This document shows positions 63,894 through 64,000 of a stretch of 64,000 bases of DNA, in pieces. The position numbers and the translations under genes were made by a program. Origin of the DNA: Lingula anatina. Taxonomy: Eukaryota > Animalia > Brachiopoda. The first letter of the stretch is position 1. Each line of letters starts with the position of its first letter. The stretch is taken from positions 18,790,848 through 18,854,847 of the forward strand of contig CM120643.1 of the NCBI GenBank assembly GCA_051362555.1, in the 5' to 3' direction. Below the pieces are notes generated by a model. It saw nothing but the letters and a program-made list of their open reading frames with translations. It searched no databases and was not told the origin of the DNA.

Positions 63894-64000
63894 ATTGGAA
63901 TCGGGGTGTACAACAAAGCGATGTTAATGAACGCAGCCTTTTTAGAAACAAGACAGCATTTCCCCACGGATTGTGTTATATTCCACGACGTAGATCTCAT
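63894..64000 (+). CDS. GT7 beta-1,4-GalT/GalNAcT exon 3 (runs off the window)
   Basis: YNKAMLMNAAFLE...DCVIFHDVDL with the DxD motif. Confidence 0.95.
   Translation, partial: MGIGVYNKAMLMNAAFLETRQHFPTDCVIFHDVDL

Overview
AT-rich eukaryotic genomic DNA with GT-AG introns, probably a lophotrochozoan invertebrate such as a mollusc (inferred from gene content, not proven). Five protein-coding genes were reconstructed by hand. (1) The last two coding exons of TCF25 (+). (2) A mitochondrial class-2 dihydroorotate dehydrogenase DHODH (-; 8 coding exons, 40741 to 2309) with an unusual acidic insertion and a candidate extra 90-nt exon. (3) A single-coding-exon LRR transmembrane receptor (+, 27457-29061) nested antisense inside a 29.7-kb DHODH intron. 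(4) A small secreted multi-EF-hand protein (+, 5 exons, 43298-49101) head-to-head with DHODH and largely missed by the ORF track. (5) The first three exons of a GT7 beta-1,4-galactosyl/GalNAc-transferase (+, from 57934). The 50-61 kb stretch is dense with DNA transposons: a Harbinger>piggyBac>foldback nest, a Merlin-like MITE, a foldback with Transib/RAG-like (RSS-like) termini, a decayed DD34E Tc1, and unclassified CAGGCC-ended elements with 5-bp target duplications. Two diverged copies of one CAGGCC family are both followed by the same 11-mer (CACTGGACAAT), and one of them sits inside the Tc1 terminal repeat, hinting at target-specific insertion. No rRNA, tRNA or CRISPR was recognised. All gene models come from reading splice sites and frames and need RNA-seq confirmation.
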